Below, one piece after another: positions 1 to 12,096 of a stretch of 64,000 nucleotides of DNA. The translations under genes were made by a program, and so were the position numbers. Below the pieces are notes generated by a model. The model was given only the letters and a program-made list of their open reading frames with translations. It had not been told where the DNA came from and did not search any database. Every line of letters begins with the position of its first letter. Positions within the stretch are counted from its first letter, which is position 1. The DNA is from Azolla caroliniana (lineage: Eukaryota; Plantae; Polypodiophyta). The stretch covers positions 11,284,001 to 11,348,000 of the forward strand of contig JBHGNT010000003.1 in NCBI GenBank assembly GCA_043228905.1, read 5' to 3'.

Positions 1-57
1 ACAGATGAAAGAAAAAGAATTGCAGTACGAAGTCGAAATTTTTGTTTATTTAATGAC

Positions 58-1233
58 ATGTTGTATCATAAAGGAGCAGATGGAATATGGCGAAGGGCAG
101 TATGGAAATTTGAAAAAGTTGCCATATTAACAGAGTCACATTGTGGAATTGCTGGCGTTCATTACGCAGGAGAAGCAACAGCCAGAAAAATATGGAATAG
201 CGGGTTATGGTGGCCAACGGTGATGAAAGATGCTAACGAATACTTTAAGAAATGCGATTTGTGTCAAAGAATGGGGCAACCGACCGAAAAGGATCGAATG
301 CCTTTTCAACCGGTTTTACCTCTTGAGCCATTTCAGAAATGGGGCTTAGATTTTGTTGGCCCATTCAAACCAGCAGCTGCAAGAACCGGTAATCGATATA
401 TCATAATTGCGACTGACTATTGCACAAAATGGGTTGAAGCAAAACCTCTCAGAGACAATACAGTAGTATCCACAGCAAAATTCCTGTATGAAAATATATG
501 GTGTCGATTCGGTTGCCCAATAGAATTGGTAAGCGATCAAGGCACTCATTTTATTAACAAGTTAATTCACGAATTAACCAATTATTATGCCGTAGTTCAT
601 AAGAAAAGTACGCCTTACTATCCCCAAGCTAATGGATTGGCAGAATCGACAAATAAAACAATTCAAACAATTTTAAAGAAGATAGTGAATGAAAATCATA
701 CTGATTGGGATCAAAAGTTAAATAGTACATTATGGGCATATCGTACTTCGTACAAAACATCCATTAAATCAACACCTTTCCGAATGGCATTCGGACTTGA
801 AGCTGTTATGCCAATCGAATTTCAAATTCCGACACTTCGTATCCAAGCGACGAATAAGTTAAATGAAATAGAATCGGAGCAGATACGCAAAGAGGCTTTA
901 TTAGTATTAGAAGAAGAACGGATTCAATCAATGTCAGCACTAGAACACAAGCAGAGACAAATCAAGGCATTCGTAAATCGACATCGAAGGAAATCGGAAG
1001 AACAATTCGAAATTGGGAAACCGGTATTGGTATTCCAGACGAAAATGGGACTTATGCCTGGGAAACTCCGGTATAGATGGACAGGTCCAGTACGGATAAT
1101 TAATAGTAAAAATGGTACGTATCAGCTGGGATCATTAACCAGAGAGGTTTTACCGAAATGGGTAAATGGATTCCGGCTTAAACCGTATTTGGGAGATATG
1201 CCGGTAAACCCGTTTATTCAAACGGAAGAATAA
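58..1233 (+). CDS. Ty3/gypsy (Athila-like) integrase, 3' end of pol (element begins before the window)
   Basis: HHCC zinc finger (H-CGIAGVH...CDLC), core WGLDFVGPF / SDQGTHF / PQANGLAE, C-terminal KLRYRWTGP (GPY/F-type) motif. Confidence 0.93.
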   Translation: MLYHKGADGIWRRAVWKFEKVAILTESHCGIAGVHYAGEATARKIWNSGLWWPTVMKDANEYFKKCDLCQRMGQPTEKDRMPFQPVLPLEPFQKWGLDFVGPFKPAAARTGNRYIIIATDYCTKWVEAKPLRDNTVVSTAKFLYENIWCRFGCPIELVSDQGTHFINKLIHELTNYYAVVHKKSTPYYPQANGLAESTNKTIQTILKKIVNENHTDWDQKLNSTLWAYRTSYKTSIKSTPFRMAFGLEAVMPIEFQIPTLRIQATNKLNEIESEQIRKEALLVLEEERIQSMSALEHKQRQIKAFVNRHRRKSEEQFEIGKPVLVFQTKMGLMPGKLRYRWTGPVRIINSKNGTYQLGSLTREVLPKWVNGFRLKPYLGDMPVNPFIQTEE

Positions 1234-1272
1234 AATAAAATAAAATAAAATAAAATAAATAAAAAATAAAAA
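1231..1272 (+). repeat. (TAAAA)n microsatellite directly after the pol stop
   Basis: taaaataaaataaaataaaa run. Confidence 0.8.
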
Positions 1273-1657
1273 ACTAACTAACTCACTCAATAGTTCTTGT
1301 CAAATGCAGAAATAGAATCTTGCCACAACAGTCTGAATCGACTATAAATAGAAAGAGGAATTGCATGATTATTAGTAAGTGGTACAACCACTACACGTAG
1401 AGTTAATACTAATTAATTCCTACATTAATAGCAATTACTATTCTTTAGTCATAATGCATAAATTAATATCTTTAAAGCATATTTCTGTATCTTCTGTGTC
1501 GCCAAAGCAACAGAAACGACTGCAGATCTCGAAACATTCTGAGCCTTCGTGCCCTAGCTCGCCCAAACTCTGTTTTTCTGATTTTCATCGCTACAGAAGC
1601 TGTGCAGATCTCCAACCGTCATCGACAAGTGATTCAGAACAAGCAAACACAGAAGTC

Positions 1658-2239
1658 ATGCCGATTCCTGTGTCTGAAGAACTGCAACTGTGGCTTTATG
1701 AGAGAAACTTACAAGGTTTCATCAAAGTAGCAGAAGCGGAACCTCATCCGCAGGCGGAAGAATTGGTACAACAATTAGACATCACCAAGGTCACCACAAA
1801 GAAAATACGAAAGGCATTACAGATGCCAAGAGGAGGCTTTGAGGCAGTTAAAAAACCTCCATCAGAAGCACTCCAATCGTATTTCGGGGAATACTCACCC
1901 TCGGCAAAAGCATATCAGACTTATGGAGGTCGGGATGAGTTTTTCCATGAAGTGGCTAGATTTTTACTAGAGGTGGGATTTGTCAGTCCCCGTTTTTATT
2001 GTATGCCGAAAAAAAGGGCTGGGTTTATCATAGCCACATACGAAAAAGAGGATTTCAACTGGCCACTATTGTCGGGGGAAGCTCTGAGAGAGCAGCTACA
2101 AGGGGTAAAAACAGGAAAACCAATGAAGCAAATTTTTGGTCGTTGGCTATCGGTATTGTTTCAAATTTTTGGTCGTTGGCTATCGGTATTCAAGAATCGG
2201 AAACTCCTATTCAGTCAAGAAGACCTCACGCCACGGTAA
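1658..2239 (+). CDS. Extra ORF downstream of integrase (env-position ORF), 3'-truncated
   Basis: MPIPVSEELQLWL...GFIKVAEA...IRKALQMPRGG aligns with the ORF at 12097. TATAAATA at 1343. Truncated after a short tandem duplication (QIFGRWLSV x2). Confidence 0.7.
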   Translation: MPIPVSEELQLWLYERNLQGFIKVAEAEPHPQAEELVQQLDITKVTTKKIRKALQMPRGGFEAVKKPPSEALQSYFGEYSPSAKAYQTYGGRDEFFHEVARFLLEVGFVSPRFYCMPKKRAGFIIATYEKEDFNWPLLSGEALREQLQGVKTGKPMKQIFGRWLSVLFQIFGRWLSVFKNRKLLFSQEDLTPR

Positions 2240-2369
2240 TTAACGATCACGGTAATTACCGATTAATATAGTATATTTCCGTTCGTAAAACACAATTCCT
2301 TGTTAGAACGTTGAGTAGCAACGTTCACTCTTCTATATCGGTAGTAGTTAGTAATTAGCCGATTAACAG

Positions 2370-2891
2370 TACGCCCGAAACTTGCACACGCTCGTATGTC
2401 CGAAAATGTGCGTATGCATCCTTGCGCTCGTCCGCACACACGCGTCCGTCCGAAACGTCCACGCAATGGTGCACGCATACGCCCGAAACTTGCACATGTG
2501 CGAACATCCGAAAACATCCACGCGGTCGTGCACGGACATGCACGTACGCCCAAAGCATCCACATGATCATGCATCACCACACAATGTAGCCCAAGTCACC
2601 TTCAACATTCTGTGCTCCACACATTGATATAACTAATATGTTTTGGTTTCCCTTATATTTCTTGGGTTCCAATATTGTCCTATCTATGTGGGATATCTCA
2701 TAGTTTTGTCTTTTCTTTTTTTTCTTCAAACTTCACAGTCACATAAATGGATACTTGTTTATCCGTTTTATGTATAGTAAAATACACTATGAAGCTCTTG
2801 AAGACATTTATCTTCCCATATGAATACATTAAGGTAATCTTAAATAGTTGTTTTACTATTTTTCATATCGTGTGTGAAAAACCACACGACA
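2370..2891 (-). mobile_element. Partial LTR (U3 end) of the tRNA-Trp-primed gypsy group
   Basis: Shares tgctccacacat...ctatgtgggatatctca and the terminus cacgaca with LTR 51663-52649; right flank CCGG; left boundary approximate. Confidence 0.6.
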
Positions 2892-3545
2892 CCGGAGTAT
2901 GAAGTTGCTGTTGTCCTTTATTCCAAACTTGTTCGAAACAAACTTTATTATTTGGTACATTGGCTCGGCTATAGTCCGAGCGTCGTCGAGCATGTCACCA
3001 ATGCTTAGGATCTTCTTGCTGAGTTCCACCGAAAGTATCTGAACAAACTCGGTCCGCAATCAACGCCAACTCGTTCCACTTGTCGTCTTAAGGGGGAGAT
3101 AGTGTCATGATATGGCAAGACTCGAACCCATGACCTTATGTTATATGAGTCCAGCTCTTGACCATTATACCATCTATTGTAATACGTAGGATATTATTTT
3201 TATTTAAGTTATAGGAAATTAATGTATATTTCAAATCTCTCTGGAACATTCTAGAAGCTTCAGGATTACTCCTAAGAACACTATAAAATAAGGCATTGGG
3301 CATTATTTTGGACCAAATTGGTTCAACGCCAGTCTTAAGCCTCATAGCCCTTTTTGTACTTACTCTTCACATAATATATTCTATGTTATCATCATCTCTC
3401 TCTCTCTCTCTCTCGTCCTCGCTATCTCTCTCTCCTCTTCTCTCTTCCTCTCTCGGGAGTCTTACGCAGTCCCGTCCTCTTAGTACTAATAGTACTTCCC
3501 TTTGCGAGTACTAATTCTCTCTCTGTTTCAGTACTATTCCTGACA
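2892..3545 (+). mobile_element. Chromovirus 3' end: decayed chromodomain, PPT and 3' LTR (3103-3545)
   Basis: PEYEVAVVLYSKLVRNKLYYLVHWLGY matches the chromodomain at 23670-23900; PPT aagggggagatag 3090-3102; LTR TGTCA...TGACA. Confidence 0.8.
3118..3172 (-). promoter_or_regulatory. tRNA-type A/B-box module in chromovirus LTR (degenerate copy 3619-3673, + strand)
   Basis: Minus strand TGGTATAATGG ... GGTTCGAGTCT, starts 44 nt apart. Confidence 0.6.
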
Positions 3546-3688
3546 ATTTCTCTGGAATATACATTAATTTCCTATAATAAAACTTAAATCAAAATAATAT
3601 TTTATGTATTACAATAGATTGTATAATGGTGAAGAGCTCAACCCATATAACACAAGGTCATGGGATCGAGTCTTGCCATATCATGACA
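3546..3688 (-). mobile_element. Inverted partial LTR of the same chromovirus family
   Basis: Diverged reverse complement of ~3103-3235; ends TCATGACA. Confidence 0.75.
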
Positions 3689-4231
3689 CCAATAGACTAA
3701 TGGATAGGGCACCAAGATTAGAGAAGATAAACTATATTAAAACGCCACTCTCAAGGTACAATGGTCTCTCACCCTTTATATACTCTTACAATCGGTAACG
3801 CTCCCTCCGTACAACCGTTACATGCTTTACTTTAACGCTCCTAATATAATACTCTATTATCCATGCGTTATGTTTGGCGGTTACAATTCTGACAGACAAC
3901 ACCTAGCACGCCTATGGGACAGTGCCATGGCACGTCAAACCCACACGCTTCCTATTCGTCGCACAAAATGTCGAGGATGTTCGGCTCTGTTCATTGGTCA
4001 TGCCTCGGAGGTGGCGTGAGGTCTGTGGGTGATTTGTTGGTATGCTCGGCCGGTGCATCGGTTTCCGTGTGGACTTCTTCACGCGGCGTCATTGTGGTAG
4101 GTTCCGTAGGTACGTTCTCCGGGACATTTCCTTGTGGCTCCGGTGAGGGCTCTTCCTAGCATGGGTAGGCGTCTGGTTGCTTCTCCTCTTCGCTCGTAAC
4201 GTCTATGAGGTTGCTCGGTGTAGTTATTTCC

Positions 4232-4540
4232 TCAGGCGGATAGAACTCTTGATCTGCTACTCTCTGCCGGATCTAGTGGTACCTCCGCTGGATATGTTTC
4301 AATCGGGAATGGTAGGCCGCGTTCTTGGAAAGGTGGATGGCACTTTGACTGTCGTAGTAGAGCTGGTATTCCTCCTGTCGGATCCCTAACTCGCTGATGA
4401 ATTCCTTCATCTATATTATCTCCTTGCCGGCTTCCACAGTTGCCATGTACTCCGCCTCCGTGGTTGACAACGCAACCGTCTTCTGCAACCTCGACTGCCA
4501 CGACACAACTCCCGCTACATAAGTCATGACATATCCGGAT
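4232..4540 (-). pseudogene. Ty1/copia RNase H fragment
   Basis: Reverse strand reads RLQKTVALSTTEAEYMA...SAIHL..N..YHSR.KHI with stops; homologous to 41640-42060. Confidence 0.8.
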
Positions 4541-7220
4541 GTAGGATGTTGGCCGACCGGCAAGGCAAAAAGGGCCAGTTAGAGTCCAGAATGTAAAAGG
4601 GGTATTAATTAGGAATAGGGAGTTGAAATTAATAAGTGCTATGAAATTAATTAATAAGTATTATGCTATTTTGAGAACCGGATGGACGGACCTAGAATCG
4701 GTATGACGGTTTGGATCTGGACCAGATCGTTGCTGGTTGCCGGTTGGCACCGGTTTGTAACTTAGTCAGAGACCTAAAAAAGGACCCGGCAAGAATGTAA
4801 TCAAAGTCGGATAATTAATAGAAGTGTTGTTATTTTGCATGTGATTAAGTGTCTATCTGATTACCGTTCTGTGCTTAAGTTAATTCAACTTACGCGTGTA
4901 TTACGATCATTAACTGTGCGGGTTAATAACCGGTTAAGACCCGTTCGCTATCACGGTCCATCCATATCTTCCCATACCATCCTTTGGTGAAGTGTTCCAT
5001 AGGGACACCCTGTGTTAAGGTTTGTCCAGCCTAAAGGATGACACAGTTTTGGCGACCACGATCCTTGCAGTGAGCAGAGAACACCAGGGGATGGATGTCT
5101 CAACTGACTAACGACCAAGTCACCGAACGAGGAAGAAGACTTGCCGAAAGACAACAAAGGGGGGAAACCTTCCAGCAAGTGGCCGAGGAGATCCGACAGG
5201 ATCGATCTTTTCCAAGAGTGCTTTGGAGGGTCGTGGAAGACGCACTTCGATTCCAGAAACAACAATTTTCCGACGAGGGAAGTAGTCTGACGATCCTGCA
5301 AAAGGCAGAAGTGCGACTACGGACGCTTGCCGGAGGTCACAAAGACTCGGAGGCATTCTCGGCCTTAGAGTCGTAATCGGATAGTGAACAAAGTGTTTAG
5401 TAGAATTACAAAAACAACCACGATACTCCAGACGATCTAGAGGACGATGAATTAGACGTCTCATCAACACCAACCGCGGAGGAAGCAGAAAACCGCGCGC
5501 CAACACCACCCGCGGAGACAGCGGAAAACCATGCACCAACACCACCCGCAGAGGAGGAACTAAACCACACATCTCTAGTACAACCTCCCGAAGACTACAC
5601 CATGCCGTACCCGTATTCGAAGTACCGTGATGACCCTAATGTGGAGGCACATGTCTATGTGTTCCTACAAACATGGGAAGCGAACCATGTATCCCAAAGG
5701 CTGACCGAAGCAGAAGCCGAACGGTCAAACATTGCTGAATTCAACATGACATTAGAGGGACCGGCAGCCCATTGGCTCCCAAAGCGCCTACCCGGAAGCT
5801 TTGCCACATTTGAGGCCTTGAAAACAAAATTCCTCCGACTATTCCATAGGCAAGTGGAACAATGCGAACTAGTCAGACAATTTTACACAACCCGCCAAGA
5901 GGAGCAGGAGACCGTGCCCCAATTTATCATCTGATTTCAAACACTACACAGCCAATTAACAAGGGCACCTCCGGAGGAGGAGGTGAAAGCGGTGTTTCTG
6001 GCTGCTTTACGGGAACCACTCCGAACGATGTGCGGAGTACTAGATTTCCAAGCCAACACAATGGATCAAATCATCGATCGGGTGCTAGAATTGGATAAAC
6101 ATAGCTCCTTGATGACAATGGGAGCCATGCAGAAGGCCCTTCCAAATCAGGAGGATCTCAAGTTTCGACAGGTGTTGCAATGCACAACGTGTCTAAACCT
6201 GGGCCATTCGGCAGTAGACTGTACAATGAGGACGCAGTGTATGATCTGCCACTCATGGGTACACAGAACGGATTTACGCGAGTACAACCTACTCAACCGA
6301 CTAGCGACACCGGTGAGGATCATTGAACTACGTAGCAGTCACGAACCGGACGATGAACGGTTCCGGAGGGAAGACCGATACCGACGAGAATGTGGGGATC
6401 GGTACAAAGAGAGAAGACGTGACGACTATGGGCGTGATCGCAACGACCGACGCAAGGAATGCCACAATCAAGATCAATATGAACGGGACTACTCACCTGA
6501 TTACGACCGGCGAAGGGATCCTTATGACCGGGACCGGTATAATAGGAACCATGATTATAACGGTGACCGGTATGGTCGCGACTACTCTCCCAGCTACAAC
6601 CAGAGGAGGAAGGATCAACAAGAAAACTACGAAGACTAGCACCATCAAGGTTACAAGAACAGACGGTTTCTTAAGAAATGGAACTTTCGAAAAGAGGATC
6701 GTCGGGAGCTGGCAAAGGAATTCCAACAAGAGACGGATAGAGGCATAAGTGGTGCCCAACCGGAACAAAGAAGAATAGAAGAACTTAACCGAGTGGTAAC
6801 CGGATTTCAACAGGGTACCGAAACAAAAGCAAAATCTAGCAATACCCAGAAGGCGTATTGCTACTATTGCCGACAGGAGGGCCATTACAACAACCAATGC
6901 CCGATTAAAAGGAACGAAAAATGGCCGGCAATCAATATGGTGGTAACAGAAGTTGCGGATATATAGCAAGTCACAACCAGATCCGAAGGAGAGATGACGA
7001 AGTGGGAAGCACAAGAGGCCATCCGGAAGCAGGCCATCGAATGGATTCAGAAGGCGAATAATTGGAATGCGGTTGAAGTCAAACAACAAAAGGAGACATC
7101 GGCAGAGCTCACCGACACAATACAACCGGAGAACCCAACATGGCAAGCGCTAGGGAATGTCAAATTATGTTGCCATTAGGCTGGCTATTGCAATTAGTAC
7201 CCCGGTTTACGGATGGGCTG

Positions 7221-8258
7221 TGTTGAGCGGCAAGCTCAACTAGAGCTGGATCGGCTGGGTAAGCCTGAGCTGACAAGTGAGACGGATCGGTAAGCCGGTG
7301 AGCAACAGAGCCAATGAGCTAGGGAGCCAGTTAGCCGGATCTAGACGATAACCGGAGGCCTAGGATTAGTTTAGACTACTAGACAGTTATTGTCTCGTAG
7401 TGAGTGTCAGATGCTCGTGTGAGCATTGAAGTACGCGGTACTTTTGTCAGTCCCACGAGGACTTGTATAAATAGTGCTACTGAGCACAATTGTAAGAGAC
7501 GGAGAGTGAATATATCGTTTTTTAATATAGTTTTTACGTTCTGCTCTCTCTATATATTCCCTACGTTCTCTGTTTTCTAACGCTTCCGCAAGTAATTGTT
7601 TTCATGGTATCAGAGCGCGAGGGTTGAGAACCTTCTCTGCAGCCGACAAACACTTGAAAGCAAACCCTAACATGTCGTAAAACAATAGACAGAGAAGTGA
7701 TGGATAGAGGGATGGCTAGCTCGCTCTCTGTGGAGAAACTCGACAAATCCAACTATGCATCTTGGTCGTATAAGATGCACCAGTACCTGCTTGGGCATGG
7801 CTATTGGAGTTTCATCGAAGGAACCAACGAAACAACACCTGATGCGGCACATAAGGACTTCCCAATGTGGGAACAATCGGCAAGCAGAGTGATGTACTGC
7901 TTCGCGTCCAGTGTCGGAGACCAGTTGTTGAGCCACATCCGAGACGCCAAGACACCGAAGGAGGCTTGGGGGAACTTGAAGAAGGTTTTCGCCGCAAGCA
8001 CTGCAGCCCGGAAGCTGCAACTCCGACAGGAGTTGAGCAATGTCCGACAGGAGTTGAGCAATGTCCGACAGAAGGACATGTCGGTGGCGGATTACACGGC
8101 CCAGACCAAAGAGATCTGTGACTCGCTTGCCTTTATCAACGGTACCATAGAGGAAGACGAGATGGTACAGGTCTGTCTTGGGGGCCTGGCGTCTAAGTTG
8201 AGAGCGTTCCGAATGGCGGTATGTACAAGGGAGAATACGTCGTCATTTTTCGACTTAC
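7221..8258 (+). mobile_element. Truncated Ty1/copia (LTR 7221-7604, PBS-Met, gag) nested in the gypsy element
   Basis: TGTTGAG...TTCA; TGGTATCAGAGC 7605-7616; gag KLDKSNYASWSYKMHQYLLGHG; 21-bp duplication QELSNVR x2. Confidence 0.88.
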
Positions 8259-11200
8259 TTTCTTTTCAAACCCAGAGCAAGGGCTGGTAGTGGTGGACAC
8301 TAGGAGTTCGGCAATCACTGCCATTGTCAAAGGATGCGAGCTACCAGGGACGATCGACGACGGAGGCTCGGGCATTAATGTGATTAGCTTCCAGACTTGT
8401 GACACCTTGGGAATTCATGAATGGGAGCCTTGCCCGTTTTGGCTCCGGATGGTAGATATGAGTTCTGTAAGACTCACCAGTTTAATACAGGATCTGGAGG
8501 TAACAATGGGAGGACATGCATTCCACATTTTTGTGGTAGTTCTCCACTTAAATGCTCAAGGGGTTTATCCACTATTGCTTGGACGACCATGGTTGAGGAC
8601 AACGCACATTAAACAAAACTGGCGGAAGAACATGATTACGTTCCGACGAGGTTAAACCAAAGTACGGGTACCAACACATCCACAAACGGGAACTAGCAAA
8701 GAGCTAATGCCGTTATCCGCTAAAAGTGTAAACATGCTGGAAGGGCTCGCCGACGAGGAAGTCGATCGGTATCTCGAGGAGAATCCGAAAATCATGTTGT
8801 TGTTCGAAATAGATGTGCCAGAAGTAGTCTCCCTGTATACTGCACAACCGGAAGATGTCAGAGAGAAACTGGTTAGAGATGCCATCAGAGAACTATGTCA
8901 AGCACACGAGGCCCTGGCACGGGAGATGGTAGTATCTCAGTGGGTGAAGGCGTCCCAACTGGAAGAAGTAAACTTGGGAACCGGAGAGGAAGTACGACAT
9001 GTGCATATTGCCAAAGAGATGTCACCGGAAAACAAGATGGCAATGATTACATTATTAAAAGAATTCCGGGACGTATTTGCTTGCTCCTATGAGGCTATGT
9101 GAGGGCTAGATCCGTAGCTATATCACCATTAGATACATCTCAGCAAGGAACCCAAACCAGTAGCACAAATGCTCTATCAAATGAACCCAAACTATGTCGC
9201 AAGGGTAAAAGAGGAGATCGACAAATTACTCCGGGTCGAATTTATCTGGCCAGTAAAGAAAGCTACTTGGTTGAGTCCGAAAGTCATCGTGCCGAAGAAG
9301 AACGGTAAGATCCTGGTTTGCGTCGATTACCGGAAACTGAATGACGCGACAGTTACCGATGCCTTTCCACTTCCATTTACGGATGGAGTTGTGGACGCGG
9401 TAGCTGTTCACGAGTTGTATAGCTTCCTCGACGGTTTCAACGGATACAATCAAATAAGGATGCACACCGATGACCAAGAAAAGACGGCGTTTGTCACCAA
9501 ATGGGCAGTATTTGTAGCAGTATTAATGATGTTCGGACTCAAGACGACGCCGACTACCTTTCAACGGATTATCATGGAGACATTTGGAGAATTCATCTTG
9601 GCATTTATGTAGGTGTTCATGGACGACTTCGTGGTGTATAGCCAGCAAGGGGAACATGACCATCTCCGGTTATGCTTAGAAAAATGCAGGGGTTACCGGT
9701 TAAGCTTGAACCTAGCATTGTGTGTGTTTGGGGTGACCAGTGGAACACTACTTGGTCATATTGTCAGCAAGGACGGGATAGCCGTAGACCCTGATAAGGT
9801 CAAAGCAATGTTGGAGGCGTCGGCACCAATGACGGCCAAAGCATTAAGGAGATTCTTAGGACAGATTCGATAGCATAGCCGGATGCTCAGATACTTGGTA
9901 GACCTGGCAACGCCATTGCACACAACCGTTCACCGAACACCGTTTAAATGGACAGAGGAAGAAGACACGGCCTACCGGGCACTCAAAGTAATGTTATCGC
10001 AAGCACTAGTAGTACAACCCCCGGACTGGTCCAAAGATTTCCATGTCTTCGTTGACGCGTTAGACATAGCAATCGGCAGCGCACTCATGCAGCTGACCAA
10101 ACCCAAGTGGTAGCAGCCGGTATACTACGCGAGCCGGAAACTATCACAGGTGGAGCGAAATTACTCCACAACGGAAAGGGAGGCCTTGGGGATGATTTAC
10201 ACTGTCACGAAGTTCCAGCACTATTTTTTGGGCCGAAAATTTCATTTCAGGTAGACCATTTAGCACTACTATATTTGGTCTCTAAGGCATTCCTCACTGG
10301 CAAGCTGGGCCGGTGGACATTGTTACCAAAGGAATTCGAGTTCAAAATTTATCACCGGCCGGTTAGAATCTAGAGAGACTAGTGACGGTGTGCCAGATGA
10401 GTTTCCGGATACGGAATTGTTTAAAATAACAACGGAAACCACGGAGCATAGTACATTGTGGACGAGGAAAAATGGCTAACGAACATGCATCAGTTTTTAA
10501 GCATGGAACTACCTCCAGAAGAGATGAACCAGGATGAGCGGAAACGATTGGCAGTCCAGGGCCGACACTTTTGTTTATAACAGGATACACTATACCACAA
10601 AGGAGCGGATGGCATATGGCGGCGAGCGGTTCGAAGCGATGAAAAAGACACCATATTACAAGAAGCGCATCAAGAGCAGTCGTCGGAGGGCACTATGCCG
10701 GTGAAGCGACAACAAGGAAGATCTGGCATAGTGGGCTATGGTGGTCAACGACACTAAAAGATTCGGTCCGGTATACAAAGGAATGTGATTTGTCTCAAAG
10801 GATGGGCCAACCGATAGAACAGGCGCGGATGCCTCACTAGCCGGTACTACCCTTGGAAGCATTTCAAAAATGGGGGTTGGACTTCGTCGGGCCATTCAAG
10901 CCGCCAACAATGTGAACCGGCAACAGATACATCATTGTCGCCACAGACTATTGCACCAAGTGGGTAGAAGCAAAGGCTTTGCGAGATAATACCACCACAT
11001 CGACGACGAAGTTCCTATACGAGTACATGTGGTGCCGGTATGGATGTCCAATCGAATTGATCAGCAACCAAGCCTAACAACGTTCTATATGGTATTACAC
11101 AAGTGTAGCACTCTGTACTACCTGCAGGCCAATGAATTGGCCGAATCCACCAACAAAACACTACAGAACATCCTCCGGAAGATCGTCAATGAGAAACAGA

Positions 11201-12096
11201 CCGATTGGGACACGAAGCTGCACAATGCGTTATGGGCTTACCAGACGGCATACAAAACAAGTATTCGGACAACACCATTCCGGTTAGCGTTCGGGCTAGA
11301 AGCAGTGATGGCGATCGAATTTCAAGATCCAAGCTCACGGATACAGGTCCGAGAGAGACTGAGTGAAAAGGAATCAGAGAAAATCCGGCTAGCAGCACTA
11401 TGTGAGTTGGAAGAGCACCGGATAGCGAGCAACATGCAGATGGAACTTGAGCAGCGGTGGAGGAAAGCATTCGTGGACCGTCACTAGAAGGGCAAGGAGA
11501 AACTATTTGGAATCGGCAAGCCGGTTCTCGTATTACAGACCCAAATGGGTAACATGCCGGGGCAGCTGAGGTTCAGGTGGACCGGACCATATTGGATCAT
11601 GCGGGAGTTCAAGGGTTCATACCAGCTAGGAACGTTGGCCGGCGAAATGCTAGACAAGTGGGTAAATGGGTTCCGGCTTAAACCCTATCACCGACCCATG
11701 CGACAAAACCCATTCCATCAACCGGAGGCGAACAAGGAACAAGCAAGGGATCCGGTGTTATCGGACAACCGAAACTAATGTAGATATTAAAAAAAACAAA
11801 AAACAAAGTCATCATGCAGAGGCAAAGGCGAGGAATGAACAAACACCTTGAAAAGGTGTGTAGTGGCTATTTAAAGCCTAGTTAAAGCGCACCACGTGTC
11901 ACACAGTGCTATTATAGTACAGGACGTGCATGCGTAGGAATCAAGGAAGGTACCAAGCATGGGAATCGTAGAGTCTCTTTCATTTCACGAACACACAACA
12001 CTAAGCGCACAAAGGACAATACAAGTGTGCAGACGAACACAAGAAGCACAGACAAACAAATCGGCCCTACCTACCCCCGTAGAACTAGAAGACGAG

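Noticed and set aside
3103-3688. MITE or foldback DNA transposon with long TIRs
   Set aside because: It is preceded by a chromodomain and PPT, and has an internal LTR end at 3545. Two LTRs explain it better.
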